DNA of 56,075 nt, the filler included, from Dirinaria sp. TL-2023a (taxonomy: Eukaryota), in assembly GCA_051941275.1 (NCBI GenBank). It is 5 parts of 5 records of this genome, joined end to end, with 100 filler letters (N's around TTAATTAATTAA, not from the genome) between each part and the next. Parts side by side here need not be neighbours in the genome. Positions count along the whole stretch, not along the records: positions 1 to 11,154 come from JAVEBF010000869.1; positions 11,255 to 22,405 come from JAVEBF010000870.1; 3 more parts are not named here. One strand, 5' to 3'. Both the position numbers and the translations under genes were made by a program. Position 1 is the stretch's first letter, and each line of letters opens with the position of its first letter. The notes beneath the pieces are model-generated. The model was not told the origin of the DNA and searched no databases. It saw only the letters and a program-made list of their open reading frames with translations. Of this stretch, positions 1 to 15,549 are shown piece by piece.

Positions 1-3
1 CCC

Positions 4-37
<34 letters not shown>

Positions 38-150
38 GCCAGTCAACCACTCGTCCATCCCTCCCCCAATAATCCTATCCGGCCCCCAAACGCTACCTAC
101 CTACGCATGTACCTTCACATCATCTCCACCAACCGCACTTCCCCTTTCAA

Positions 151-192
151 AAGCAAAAGCAAAAGCAAAAGCAATAATCAATAACAATAATA
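151..192. repeat. Short microsatellites (GCAAAA)n and (AAT/AAC)n near the contig end
   Basis: aagcaaaagcaaaagcaaaagcaataatcaataacaataata; also a poly-A run at 5-36. Confidence 0.7.
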
Positions 193-2443
193 AAAAGGAA
201 AATCCACCTCTTTAACTCTGCACTACCTTTTTCCTTTTTTTTCCCAACAATCCCTTCGCGAAGAGCTAGCTACAACAATATCCTGCCCTACACCTAAACA
301 GGTAAGAACCTAAGTGGCTTACTATAGGCAAGCAAGCTAGGAAAGTAGCACTAATTGACGCGCATTAAGGCCCCTTACTTTTGAACCTTGAGAGATTCGT
401 CATCAGAACAATAATCTCATGGGATACCTTTACCTTATGTAAAAAACTGCTGGGGCCCAGTTACATGTGGGGCGTTTTTTGTTTTTTTTTTTTTTTTTTG
501 GCTATTTCGCTTGAACGACCAAGCGATGCGAAGTTGCGAAAGCCCTGAAGCAGCCCTGAAACCCGCACTGCTGACAGAATTGAAACCGGACTGATTCGTC
601 TCTCTTTTTCTCTTCCGCCGCTGTGTGCGGTACTTCAAGGTATCTTGCATGAGCTTAGGTACATTTAGTCCCCTACCTATGTCAATCGTGATATCGAACA
701 AATTAAGCGAAAGAGCTTGCAATAGCTTTCTCTTGAAGTTCCTGCGCTCGTACGTACGTCGGATTAGGTAGGTAGGTAGATGTCTTTTGAAAAAAAAGAA
801 TGGAGGGACAAAAAAAAGGGGGCTTCGTTTTTCCAATGGGACACCTTCACCACACATCCCTCAGTCTCACGACCCCGATCCGGTTTCGTTGAATAGAATG
901 GAAGTAGAGCAGTTACCTGTTCCGAAATCGAGGGATTAGAATTAGAAAACTTACAAGAGAGGAATCTTCAATAAAAGCAAGCCAGTATCAAAACCTTGGG
1001 AAAGACCTCGAAGAAAATGTGAAACATGTACGCATACTACAACATGGATCAAATCCATTAACGCAAGAAATCGAGACAACCGTCATCAACATGGCTCTCG
1101 GTAAGAGAAAGCTGCGAGGAAGTACAATGGGAGAGATGGCGAGATGAGCTGAGTCAGATAAAGTCAAGAGGGCCCGGGGCTTGCCGTAATAATGAAATAT
1201 CCGGGGGTTTTGTAGAAAGAAGAAAAAAAAAAGGCCACGAATGTATAAATTTATATTCCTTTTTTTTTTTTGGCTGCCTGATCCACCGCTATACACAAGA
1301 TCGGCTTTTGATCGAAGTCAGAAAGTACTTTTTTTTCCCTCCTTGGAAAAGCTATCCCTTGCGATAGCACGAACTGGGTGCACGATGCCGCCAAATGGGT
1401 TAGTACGGTAGCCAGCTGATCCGTCGACAGATTAACCTCCGTGACTTTTCCTTTTTGGTGTTTTCCCCCCCCCCCCCAAGCGAAGCCTCCCATCATAACG
1501 CTGCCTATTTCATCCATATTTCCTTTTTTGCTTGCGAAATTCCGAATCCCTAAAAATCAAAAACAAGCCGCCCAAGCCACCCCATGCCGCGCATTGAAAA
1601 AAGCAGATACAAATTCAGAATACCGCCGGATCACCCCAATTGGAAAAATAATGTGGGGGAAAGGGGAATATCGAAACTTTTGTTTGGTTAAGAATTTTGC
1701 AGATGGCCACCCATAACATACGCGTCGTGATATCGTTAGGAAAAGAAAACGAGTAAAGGGGAAATTGGAAATGATGCAGAACGAATCGACGGTGCCGGCT
1801 GACGGTACACGTCGATCCAGTGCAGAAACGTCGCATGAATTTTCTTTTCGTTCAATTCCCAGGAGAAAATAATGCGTAGAATGATATGCGTGATAAGGTC
1901 GAACGGGAACGGTCTCGGCCGATGGTGGCGATATGTAATATGCGGAGGAGCGATACTTCCGACGGCCGGTAATTCGACAAGTGGGCCAAGTGGCTGCCCC
2001 CTCCACATCATCACAACTGCATGCAAGTAGCCCCCCGGAACTTGAGATGCGGGGACGTTTCCGACTGTGTCACCACTGCAGCCATTGCATGCATGCGACC
2101 TTCGAAAACATATCTGGTTCCGCAGTAGTTGATTCGTCCATCGGACCCGGGAGCTTTTATCGGGCATATGCAAATTTAACAGGCTTAGTGTCGGTCGTCG
2201 AAGGAACGGACGAATCAAACGGCGGGGCGGATGGGAGATCGAGCCAATCAGAGAGCGCTAAATCGTAATGCAGTGGTGAAGACGCGACGAAGGGGAATAA
2301 CCTCAGTGGCGTGAGGATGCCGACGAATGTTGCAGGAAGCAGAAGGAGCCCCCCCCCGGGAAAGGGATTTGCAGACACCCCCCCCTTTTTTTCTCCCGCA
2401 GGTAGACAAACGCGCACACGGAGGAGACCGGCTGGTGAGAGAA

Positions 2444-3964
<1,521 letters not shown>

Positions 3965-6900
3965 GGCAAGAGGCAGTGCAGCGAGTATGGTGTGCGATGT
4001 GGTGCGTAACAGGCCGTGTTGAGGCGATACTGGGGAGTGTTGGCCTGCTTTGCTAAGCCAATTGATTGGCAACGGGCAGCAGCGTGTGACAGGTCGGGGC
4101 GAGGAGGTGCTAAAGAAGTATGATGCTGTGGAATAACAACGGCCGAGAGCAGCTTCGAATTATACCAATCGATCTTGATGGCTCCAAATAAAAGGACGGT
4201 AATTAAGCCAGTCAAATAAGAGGGGAGGCTTGTCCTGTCAGTTGCCCGCTGTTGTGGTCATTGAGCCACAGGGTGCTAAAGCTGCGAGGCTGCTGCAAAA
4301 AACCCTGTTATATTATGCTGGAATGCGTATGCGCACGCGACAATTTGGCGGATAGCTGCTGCTAACGACAAGGTGTGACAAACGCCGGATACAATTGGTT
4401 TAAGCGATGCTGAGAGTTTCTGGCGGGGGAGAATTGAATCGATGGGGCGCGATGAGTTGGTGTGCTGCTTCAGGAGGTTAGCCAGCTGGGGGCAAGTCGT
4501 GGTTTAGGAAGATGCCGAAGCAGGTGGTTCAATAGTAGCTAAGTGCAAGTAATTGTAATTGTACCTTCAGTAGTTGATAGGCAGGCTGATCTTTACATGT
4601 ACCTACTCGGGTTATATCGCTGCTGGGTGGATGCCGTCAGGTAGCGTAAGATAGGTAAGGTAGGTGGCTTGGCGTCCTGCAAGATAGATTACGAGGCTAA
4701 AGTACTGAGGTATACCTAGTTCGTATTGAGACGGAACTATTTCGGCGATACCCTCCTAACCGAGATCTCTATTCGAGATTGCTCGATACCGAACTGATTA
4801 TTTTATACGCGGCTGCTGCAGGGGAAGGAAGGGCGGGGGAAATCTTTCATAACTACATACTTGTACCTTAAGGTAGATACGATGTGATACTCGAACAGAG
4901 GACACTCATATATTACCGTTGAGCAATCCCGATGCACCTTCGGTAAGGTGGGTAGTGTAGGTACCTTGGGTATGATACCTGATGGTTTCGATAGCAGGCT
5001 TGTGTGTCTACAGTATTGTATGTACAGTAGTATGTACGGAGTTGGCGCTCTGGTCGAGTCACTGCTGCCCGGCATCCGTTCTGGCAATCGTACAACATGT
5101 CAACATCTCTGCTCTTCTCGCGTTGTTGACTCTATTCGCTCTCATGAAAACCTGCACATGAAATGCACCTCATGCTCCGACCCAAGTGGCCAAGATGGAT
5201 CGGGCCTGAATCGACCCAAGACGGAATCTGGGGTAAGTACAGGCGACAAGCCTAAGTCGCAACTTGTGCACTTCTTTACCTTGTTTAGCCTGAGGAAAAG
5301 GTCAAAGCTCTCTTCCCTAACGGAAACCTTTTTGGCAGCCGTTGAGGTGTGGTGTCCTGACGTAGCGGCTATTTTTAAGCCCGATTCTCATGCACCTGCA
5401 ATGATTCCTACATATTTGTGCTCCTCCTGGGTGGCAACTGATATTTCCCGGTCGAAGAGCGAGACCTTGGAATTGCCCCTGACATCGGGCAATCCGATGG
5501 AGTCAAGATTGGCATTGGTGCCACACCAGGTACAGCTGAGGACTTGGCAATCTACACTTACGTGTTCGAATGTGTAAAAAGAGGTAAAGACGGTAGAGAC
5601 GACGGAAGCGGTCCGCAATGCAATGTGCGTTTGGCTCCATCGTAGCTGCTGTGGAGCTCCAGGCTCGAGCTGCAAATCTCATTCCAGCCGTATGCGCCCT
5701 TATTCGCCGGCTGCTGAAGAAGTCGTACCGAAAAACTGTTTCGATTCAGATATGCAAGATGATCGAATATGCTGCTCTAACCGGGATGACTATTGCTCAT
5801 GGGCGAATCGGAATGTGGCTCATTGCCGACGATCGAGAACGTATTCCACCCTGCTTCTTCCCACCAAAAAGTATAAATCAAGGGCTGGTAGGCCCGTTGC
5901 CAATAATCCATTGACAGCTATCAAACTTGCATAGAACGGCTACATAATACTAACGAGAGGCTGAGGATTCACGAGAAAAACTCCCTGCTTTATGAAATTT
6001 CCGTCATGGCGGCAGGCTTGTCAAATGGCCTTTCATAGGCTAGGGAGTATAATATAATGTAAGGAAAAAGGCGACCATTAGTCACTGTTTGCTCCGACTT
6101 CCTACCCATGACTTCATCATCCACCCGTAGGCATCTCATGGATGAAAGAATTTGCAATTTTTGCAATTTGCACACAACCAGCTCTCACCAGGTTCGCGGA
6201 AGGAAGGAAGGAAGGGGGGGTGTTTGCTTAGCAGTTGTCCCACTCAATAATGTGAGCCAAGTCAAAAACAATCAAAGGGCCCCCACCAGAACCAAGCATC
6301 GCAGCGGAGGAACATTTGCCCAAGCTTCAGAAGGATGGAGGGGAAGGAGTCCCGACGCATATGTGGAGAATAATTCAAACTGCATCTCCCGAATTCACGA
6401 TTCGACCTTGGGGGGGCTTAATGGAGGCTGGTAGCGCAAGAGCAAGTGATCTACGGCCCGAACGCACAGGAACTGGTTGCCGGTTCGAGAGGCAAAAAAA
6501 AAAAAAAAAAAAAGCTTAAGGGCCTCGACCATAAGGGCGCAATCCGGGCTGGCGGGTCGGTACAGGAAATCTGGGTGGATTCCCGGGTGGCCAGATGAGA
6601 TTCGATGGGATCACGCATGCAATCTCGGATTGGCAGGTACCTTTTTGCAGAGACCGGAATCATTTTTTTTTTCCAATGTCCTGGCGGTTCAGCCTCCGCT
6701 TCGAATCTCGGACGCGAGCACAACGGTTCTTTATTTGAACGTCTATGAGGCAAGCAAAGCAGCGCGCTGTGCGCTGTGCGGCATTACTGAAGACTCTTTC
6801 ATGCGATCCATCTTCAAGCGAGTATGTGTAGCAGAGGCGACGATTTGGTAGGAAGGAAGTCGTTTGTGCTCTGCGACGGCTCTAGCCTATCGTCTCTTCT

Positions 6901-9900
6901 GCCTTTACTAGTATGATGTATGGAATAGTGGTTATGTAAAGCGAAGCTTCTGCACCTCCAACCCCATCGACATGCACTCCTTTGCGCTCCCCGATTCCAT
7001 TCTCGGATTTTCTCAGATGAGATCCGCCGTAAAGGGTCGATGCGTTGAAACGTAATCAGGGGTATCAATCAGAAAGATTCCCTAGTTTCACCAGCTTTTT
7101 CAGTGAGAGCCAGCAGCGTCAGTCGATCCAATGGAGACGAGGGCGCAGGTCGTCTCCTCCATTCTGGGCTCTGTTGTGTTCTCTTTGAGGACTAGTATGC
7201 AGAGGATGCAGACTGCGACGCTGTCGCGCGCGAATGATAGCGGCCCGCTTGGGGGCAATTGGAGAAGAGGCTGAAGCCGTTGGCTAATAAGGCTTCTATC
7301 TCTTTCCCCTTCGACGACTCCACGACCGGCGTTGTCAGTAGGAAATCGGTCGAAAAAGTACCGTACGCCATTCCTACTACTAGTCTACTACTGAGCTGGC
7401 AGCCATGGATACGAAGCCAAGATCAGCCTTTTCTGCACCTTTCTTCTGCCGTTGATCAGCATCGTCAGAAGCTACCGGGAACTTATTGCCGGCGTTGGTC
7501 TGCTTCTGTCCCTGCATTGGCGTGACGCGATGCGATGTACCTGTTTAATCCAAGCGTCTGCCCTGTCTGGTTCAGGGAGGGCACTGGCCAACAACGTCGA
7601 TGGCGCTAACTCAGATGCAGACAGAACCTGGGATGGCGTTCCCCCTCCATGAGACCAACAATGCGCGTGGAGGGAACAGTGGCTCGAGTGGGCAGCATGC
7701 TTCTTTGTTCCGGTGGGGCTCTCCTGCAAGTCTCCAGCTGCTAACGCTCCTTTCCAGTGCCTGGTTCGGTATGAAGATAACTCACCCAACAGGATTTGAG
7801 AAGAGGGCACAATCTCGGTAGGATACTGGGATGATCCTGCACGCCTCATGTATTCTTACCTCGCTTAGAAACTTTTCGTATTCAAATGATCTCTAAGCGG
7901 AGCACATGCAGGCAGATCGTTCGTTCATATCAGCGCAGCTAGCTAATGTATTCTTGGTAATGAACAGTACGGAGGGATACCTGTCTTTTGCAGCGGAGGA
8001 TACTTTCTGACAGGTTCATGGTCCATGCGGAGAGGCGAAAACATACTCCGTACAGCAACATCATCGACAGCAACAAGATCCCTCCCACCAGCCTCTCTTG
8101 GAGCTGCACGGCACGTGACTGTTCCTGCAACATTAGCTTCTCCCCCTACATGGTCCGAGTTCCTGCTTTGCAGGTACGGACCAATTGTTGCCCGACGACG
8201 ATCAAGTCTAGAGTGTTCGCAAGACGTTGAGCCACGGAGGTATGTACCCGCGTCCCCGGTGTCATAGCGACTCGTCGGGTATGTGTCGGAGGCACACAAC
8301 TTCACAAAATCAGGTTATTATTATTCTGGCAATCGTGGAGGGTCGGAAACCGCCTACGCAATAGTAACGCCCCTACACGCGTATCCCTCTCGCTGGCATG
8401 TCCCTTGGAAGGCCAAGGACAAAAAGATCACCTGATAGTGACCCACCTCCTGGAACACGTCACGCTCGCATCGTTGAGGGTTGGTCTAAGCTAGTCATTA
8501 ACGTCCCATTGTATCTTCCGGTCTAGGAAGACTACGAATACTGCACTCCCCTACATCAAATGTATTCCAGAATAGGGAGGGTGGAAAATCCCTCAGTACT
8601 TCTGTGGGAGCTCGATCAACGAACCTGGCCCAGCAGCTGCAAATTTGTGCCGATGACTTTTCTGACCACCGACATTATGCCTGCGAGATTCCCCGATAGT
8701 GGTGCAGATTCCCATAGTCGTGGATCTTGGGTCCCTACTCACTTTTGCGGTGCAAAGCGTCAAGCTATTGCTACGGAGTACCCAAACCTCTTACACCGGC
8801 GTCGGAAGACTTCAACTTATGCGACTGCACAACCAACCCGCCGTAGCTTCTTCTTACGGAACGCGAGGCCAGTGGTCAATGGCCGCGTGTTCTTACTCTG
8901 CCCTGCTATGTTCATTGGCCCGAACTAATCAACACGCCCAGGAACCCTTCAGTCGGTAAGCACTTACCCAAGGAGATTTTGGCTAGAAGACGTGACCGGC
9001 GAGCTTTGGCATGTTTTCAGTGTTGGGGGCGAAGGTAGACACATTATTCCTGTATAGTCAATGGGTCGACTTCTTGACAGTCTGTGACTTCTTCACGCGA
9101 ATGAAACATAAAGAAACTGCCGTTTATGAAAGATTTGCTATTCTTAGCCACGGAGGTCGTAGACTTCGCAAAATCGCTGGTCGATAGGTAGGATCTTCTC
9201 TTTCTCCCTCAATTGCGTGTGGTAAGTTGCTGCCCACTTCGATTGTGCTCAACAGCCCAACTGGTGCCATAAACCTTAAAGGGCTATTGTTTGCTTCCAC
9301 GCCTCTGTCTGGATATACGATACCTATTGAGAAGCATGATGAACTATTATAGTTCTTACACTGAAAACGGGAGTTGAATCACCAATGACTGTACTTGGGA
9401 TTTCTCCAGCAGAAGCTATAGCAGGCACTTGCCCCTAAAGCTTGAGATCGGGTGTATAGAGGTCTATGTCTTTCTCCCTCGCTTTTATTCGCCTCTATGA
9501 GATCCTGGAAACTCTGCACGACGCCATCTTCTAGCATTTGACACAGCTGTCTAGCTTGATGGTCCTACTTTGTGTCCTTCCACCCTCGATATGGCAAGTG
9601 GAGTATAATAGAGTCTTTAGTAAGGGAGCATTCAGTCGCATTCGGGTGCCCAAGAGATTCAGGAAATCTCAATATATTCCTCACGTTTCCCATAATCATT
9701 TCCTCTACATTGTGCGGTTAACGACACTCAGCCTCCTCACGACAAATCTGCTGGAATTTGTCAACTTTGTTCAGGTCGCCTCTTACTCTTCGCACCGGCT
9801 TCAGTCGTTACTTACAAGATCATTTTCCGTACAAGTACCACGAAGCGCAACCGAGTACTAAAGACGGAAGTCATCAAAACACGGCTATATGAAACGGTGG

Positions 9901-10818
9901 AACTTGGCTTTATATTCCGGTTGCGTCGCCTTCGAAACAGCGCGGAAAGAAATAGTTGGCCTGATCTATTAGCCCCCTTGGTTACAGCACCTATAGTCAT
10001 CAATGTCTCAAAAAGCAGAACCAATTCCAGCCCGTCTGTACACAGGGACTATTATCCTGAAGCCGTGGACCTCGACCAAAGCCTTCCGACATTCTGGCGG
10101 TTAAGATTTCAAAAGAGAGGCCATGGGGTCAATGGCTGCTCTTCGATAGCTCTGTCGTATCAGTGTGTGAAAGTCGTTGAAGGCAAACCCTCGGTCCACG
10201 CCTCTAACGCTGCCTACCACTGCGTTGCTTGCGCGGAAACAACAGTGGCTTTGATGATCACTCTTGAATCTCATACTAATTGACGGATACACTGCGTTTC
10301 ACTGATACGAGGAATAGTTCATATTTCGCGCAAGGGCTCAGCTCCGGCGACTTCGCTTCTCTCCGCCTACCTCAGGAGCGACAAATCGACACCATGATTC
10401 CTACACGCTGCGTTAGATCTCTGCCCGGTGTCTCGCTGCCCGTCTCTTGCTCATTCCTCTTATACTAATCGCAGCGGCCACATGATTGCTTTCACTGATC
10501 GCGGCTTCCGCGACACAAGAATGCCTCTACAGCCTGAAGCGTCAATACCGTACCTTCATCACGAGACTGAACAGCATCAACCATTGACTGCACTCGAGAT
10601 CCAGCTGTCTTATCGAGACTCAAAGCCCCACCAGCTACACTGAAGCTCTTCCTCACGCCTCCTTACTAGAAACAACCTGGATCGAAACACCCTGCTACAA
10701 GTACTCAAAGAAGCGTACCAAAAACCCTAATCAAGAGTCTCACTAGCCACAACATCCACCTCTATATCGCGCAAAGCCACCAATCTCCTGCCCAGTAGGC
10801 AAACAAAACCCAAGGTCT

Positions 10819-10841
10819 AAGAAAGAAAGAAAGAAAGAAAA
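10819..10841. repeat. (AAAG)n microsatellite
   Basis: aagaaagaaagaaagaaagaaaa. Confidence 0.7.
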
Positions 10842-11154
10842 TGCATGAAGCAGGAGCCTCCGTACACGGAACCATTGATTCAAATCGTCATGTTGAATGC
10901 ACCGGCATGACTATCCCATACAATACAAATCCATGCACACCGGAAACGACAATGAACACGCATAAAGAAGAAGAATTCAAAAGCGGATCGATTACTCCCG
11001 CATTTGAAATATGCAGAACCCCGACCCCACATACCCGCGCAATCATACATCTACAACATACATACACATTTCGCGAGTCCAACAATTCGACTGCAATGTT
11101 GGTAGCGCCCCCAAACCACTCCCCATCCCCCACCAACATCCTCTCGCTCTGCTC

Positions 11155-11254
11155 NNNNNNNNNNNNNNNNNNNNNNNNNNNNNNNNNNNNNNNNNNNNTT
11201 AATTAATTAANNNNNNNNNNNNNNNNNNNNNNNNNNNNNNNNNNNNNNNNNNNN
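11155..11254. other. Artificial contig spacer (N44-TTAATTAATTAA-N44)
   Basis: 100-bp linker whose core has stops in all six frames; four identical copies in the window. Confidence 0.98.
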
Positions 11255-11888
11255 GGCAGACTCTGTGGTGGGTGGGTGGGCGATCGGCGCTGCTTACTGA
11301 AGGTTTGGGTTTGGGCTGTGGAATCGGGGCTGATTAATGGCTTTTGTGGGACATGGGAATGTGGGCTGGCTGGCGAGCTGGGAGCGGGGATAATATCCGG
11401 TCACATCGCGGCAAGCTGCGAGGGGGATGAATGTAAAGAATGGCGCGAGAGAGGGCTGTGGAGTTGACTGTCCTGACTCATAAGACGTGGTTGAGCGGGG
11501 AAACATTGGCTCACGCCTAGCAGTGGTATTAATGGTATAGTAGTGGTAGGTAGAAATATATAGGTTAGTGAACATCACCGGGCTTAGATGACAGCAGTTA
11601 GTCAGAGCTGCTATAAGTTTGCGAGCAGGTATACAGACGCCCCTCGGATCTTTTCTTAGTTGCAACCTAGCTGTGAGTGGACTCGCGCGATCAAGCCAAA
11701 GTATATCCCGTCTCTGAGAAGTGATGCTACTATGTTCGTAGATTGAAATCCGGTGCATAGGCAATCGCGTCAAGTCTGTTCAGTAAGGGGACCCGAAAAG
11801 TAGACTCTGCAGAAAACAGTTTGAAGGGCTCGGTCTCTTGTCGAGGACGCTCTGGTGCCCTCATTTCCCGTTAATGGTCTTGACTCAA

Positions 11889-12984
11889 TCATACTGTCGC
11901 AGCTGACGGTTCTTTTCCCGCTCGAGGGCACAGGCTTTGAAGATGGCGCTTCAGACTCTGATATACTGCCTTCGCCACAGGTGTCATCTGAGGAAGGCAA
12001 GCGCCTATGATACCCAGCGAGGATTCCACCATAGGCCAATATAGAAGCGGAGCACTGAAGGAAGTGTATTCAGCTCCCCAATAATCGCCGGCTAATACTA
12101 CGGCGGGATACTTAGCAGAGAGCCCAGGGAGAAGAATTTTCATAACGTACTGGCGAACACCTTATGGATAATGATGATTTTGGCGATACCGGCACAGACT
12201 GTCAATGCTCCGAGAAAGAAGACGACGCAGAGTCCTACTCGGTGAGAGACGGGTAAGTGCAATTGTATAATCTGCAACGACAGTAAATATACGGCTGAGA
12301 TAATAGTGTTCTAAAGACTTACATTGGGCATTGGAAGTAGTATGATGGCAATGTTTGTCATTACATCGAACCACGCTTGAGCGAGCATTAAGCGGTGGAA
12401 ATCAATGCAGTGACCATAACTAGGGTCCCAAAGTGCCGACTGAGGAATGCATACAAGTAACTGGGAGGAGAGAAAGCTAATGGTCCAAACGAGTGTCACA
12501 GCTATCGTGATCAATACCGAGATGTCAAATACTGTTCCTCGGAATATGCGCTTGTAGAAAAGCAGAACGGACAACTTCGTAAAGCCGAGTGTAATGACAC
12601 TGATAATGCAGACTGCATAGAATGTCTATGTTTCACGTGAGAATGGCCTTTTCATGTAGAGCGGTGTCACCATACCCATGTGAAGACTTGGAATCGACGC
12701 AATGAATCGTGTTCTAGATCATTATGTTGAGCAAGTTGAGCATCTGTAGTGCTGAACAACATGCATATGGCGATAGCGATTGTAAAGAGCTCCTTGTAGT
12801 CAGATATCTCTAAAGAAGATGCAACAAATATTGTACAAACCATTGCTGGTATCATCATCCAGTCATCCCACCCGTAGCCGGCCTTCACCATGTGCCGTGC
12901 ATAAAAACGGAGTGCTATTGATACGAGGGCAACGATCGTCATAAATATTGCAATGAACCACATTTGCGTTGTTGCTCCGTCCAT
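11889..12984 (-). CDS. Pth11-like integral membrane protein (fungal rhodopsin-domain family, no CFEM); multi-exon
   Basis: Spliced motifs VSIALRFYAR...GWDDWMMIPAM, TKLSVLLFYKRIF, DVMTNIAIILLPMP, RVGLCVVFFLG and WPMVESSLGIIGACLP are typical of the family; about 7 hydrophobic segments. Confidence 0.88.
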
Positions 12985-14191
12985 GACTAGGTTGAATGCC
13001 AGTCTGGGAGTATCCACTCGGTTGCTCGATATCGCAATGAAGGTATGGAAGTAATATTGAGCGCTCTCAGACTAAATCATGATCCAGAAGACTTTGCTTG
13101 CAGAAGCTCTCAAGCTCGAACAGAGAATCCTAACAGCGTCTTTTCATAGCAATGAGCAACTGGGACGGTCCACGCGTCCAGCGGTCCGGCCCACTCCTTT
13201 GGTGCAGCATGGCCGTACGCCTACTTCAAGAGGGCGTTTCGAAATGTATGGGCTTAAGCGTCTCGCTTTAACCACTTCTCCGGGCGGCAAAAGTAGACTG
13301 CTTGATCGTACACTGAGGTGCAGATGAGGATGCCTTGTGTGCTGCAACAAGTCCGAAAATGCCACACTCGTTATCATGTAGTTCTTCAGGCCACCTATGA
13401 TATTCTCCTACACATGCAATATTCCTGCTATAGCTTTCGCGCTTGCGCGAGACGAAATACTACCATGTTCGCCGCTGCGTATAAAGATATTCATTGTATG
13501 AGAACATACTTGGTGCCGGGATCCGATTCCTACTTGCATGACATACTGACTCCCTTTTGAAACCCGAGACGGCATATCATATGCAGAAACACCTTCTTGG
13601 CGCTTATACGTCCCAGTATTCTCTTGAAAATAGAACAACGTTCCAGGCATGCCAGGCAACTCTCTTCGAGGACTCGGGAGGCCACCCGATTGATCAAATC
13701 CATGTTCAAGAAGCTTCAGGGGAGATTTTCATCGAAGAGCAGGAAATTACCTTTTTTACACTTACAGAATTTTGGACAGAATTTTGGAAAGAGCTTCCTT
13801 ACATGTGCTAGCTACATCTTATGTTGTTCTCTTGTTCACCAAAATCGTGATAGATACAATGTTTCTCGTGCGGCGGTGCCAGGCGCTGGTATCTGACCAA
13901 AGCTTGTGTGGATAACGTATAAAGGAAGTGAAGATAGACTGGTCATCTGTTCAATGTTAATATATGAAATTGCAAACAGCTGGAGAGTAGTAGCTGTGGG
14001 CCAGATCATCCATGACAGGGCATGAAGGACAGGGGAATGCCAGCTTTCACGACATGACAGCACCTCAATCGAACGCTGAAACTGCATCATGTCGGACCGT
14101 GGGACCGCATTGCTTGTCTGTATCGAGGTGACGGACGTTCCTGAGGCTTAAGCGCCCTCGGAGGTTCCCCTGCAGTTCATTATGCGAGCCA

Positions 14192-15549
14192 TTAATGGTC
14201 ACATGCACCAAGGCCATACGCCTCCTGCGGGTCCTCTGGTATGGCCGTCGTCCGGACAGCATCTGTCTTGATCAGTGGAGCTATTAACTTCAGGCTTTCT
14301 ACTACAACAGACCTTTGTAAGTCCAACGATAATCGTTCAGTTCGGCCTTCCAGCTCCAAAACAACCACCCTTGCTGGGCCTCATAGGATAAAATCTGAGC
14401 CGCCCACCATTTCTTGTAAAAGTCTACATTTTGAGCTGGAGCCCACGTTGGTGTGTCTTGAACGTCACTAGGAGGGCTTAGGCTCCACTCTCCTACTACA
14501 AGTGGTGAATCTCCATCGCGATTGTCACTGCATGAAGCATCAAGGTAGGCTGATGGATTGACGTCAACGGGCGGGTTTGCGTATTTCAAATAACGATGGT
14601 CGTCGTAGGCGACATAGGTTTTGTTATGAAGATACGTAGTGGGATCGCCTGAGCCAAAAGACTTGTCCTGCACATGGGTCAGTAAGCGCTTCCTTCAGAG
14701 GTTAGTGAGGCGTTGACTTGCCATCATCTGGACTGTCAGCCTATCGCCGGCAGCGACTTTGGCTGCGTCCTCGGCATCTCTTATGGTCCTGTACGCCTTG
14801 GGATAGTATTCTGAGATCATGCTTTCGGTCAGGCTAGAACCTTGCAATGGTTCGTTAAGCACTTCTAGCATCCCCACATTTGTATAATTTCCATTGCTAT
14901 GGATACGGGCAGTCAACCAGCCAAGAAATTCATAAGCGCGCTCATATTCCATAGTCTGGTAGAATCCGGCAGTAGGAGCACACTAATTGTGATTAGCAAG
15001 AAAAGGATCTAAATAGCGATGATATCTGTAGTGATTCACCTGCCCAGTGCTTGGCTGGTTCTGCCACTGCGCTCCAGGCGCCCCATGCAAGTCGATGATG
15101 ATGTAGAAACCCTTATTGGATGCCCAACCCGCAAGCCTATCCAAGTACTCAATGCCGCCCTGAGGGAAATACTCGCTGTCCGAAACAAGATCCTCTTTCA
15201 GCCAATAGCCGACTGGGACGCGTATGGAATTAAGCCCGTAACTCCTCATCAGATCCAAATCCGACTCGGTGATCCAAGAAGCCCAATGCTTTTGGAACGC
15301 GGCATTTGCATTGGCCTGTCCGAGAGACATGACACAGTCGAATTCAGAGCATTGTCCAGAACAGCCCATGCTGTCCCACTCTGTACCTGCCATCCATGGT
15401 TCCAAAACGAAGAGAGACCCCAGGTTCACACCTCTGATTTTGAGGCCCGGGTTGCGCTTTGCTTCGTCAGAAAATAATTTCTTTTGGTAGGGCAACCAGG
15501 CCGTGGACAACGTAGCCCATACTAGGACTAGTAACGAACGGAATTTCAT
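14192..15549 (-). CDS. exgB: Secreted glycoside hydrolase family 5 endo-beta-1,6-glucanase (ExgB-like); 4 exons
   Basis: Signal peptide [52 protein letters not shown], catalytic EVLNEP and [14 protein letters not shown]; last exon DAVRTTAIP...ACDH*. Confidence 0.9.

Noticed and set aside
4948..5577. 209-aa ORF in the gene-poor region
   Set aside because: Non-ATG start, no motifs or splice context; probably spurious
7133..7157. Hairpin ggagacga...tcgtctcc and scattered GGTTCGA motifs as possible ncRNA or tRNA
   Set aside because: Stem is only 8 bp; no cloverleaf or other RNA-gene context found
11199..11210. Regularly spaced TTAATTAATTAA palindrome as a biological repeat, piggyBac target site or CRISPR-like array
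   Set aside because: Always embedded in exactly 44+44 Ns; it is a synthetic six-frame-stop linker
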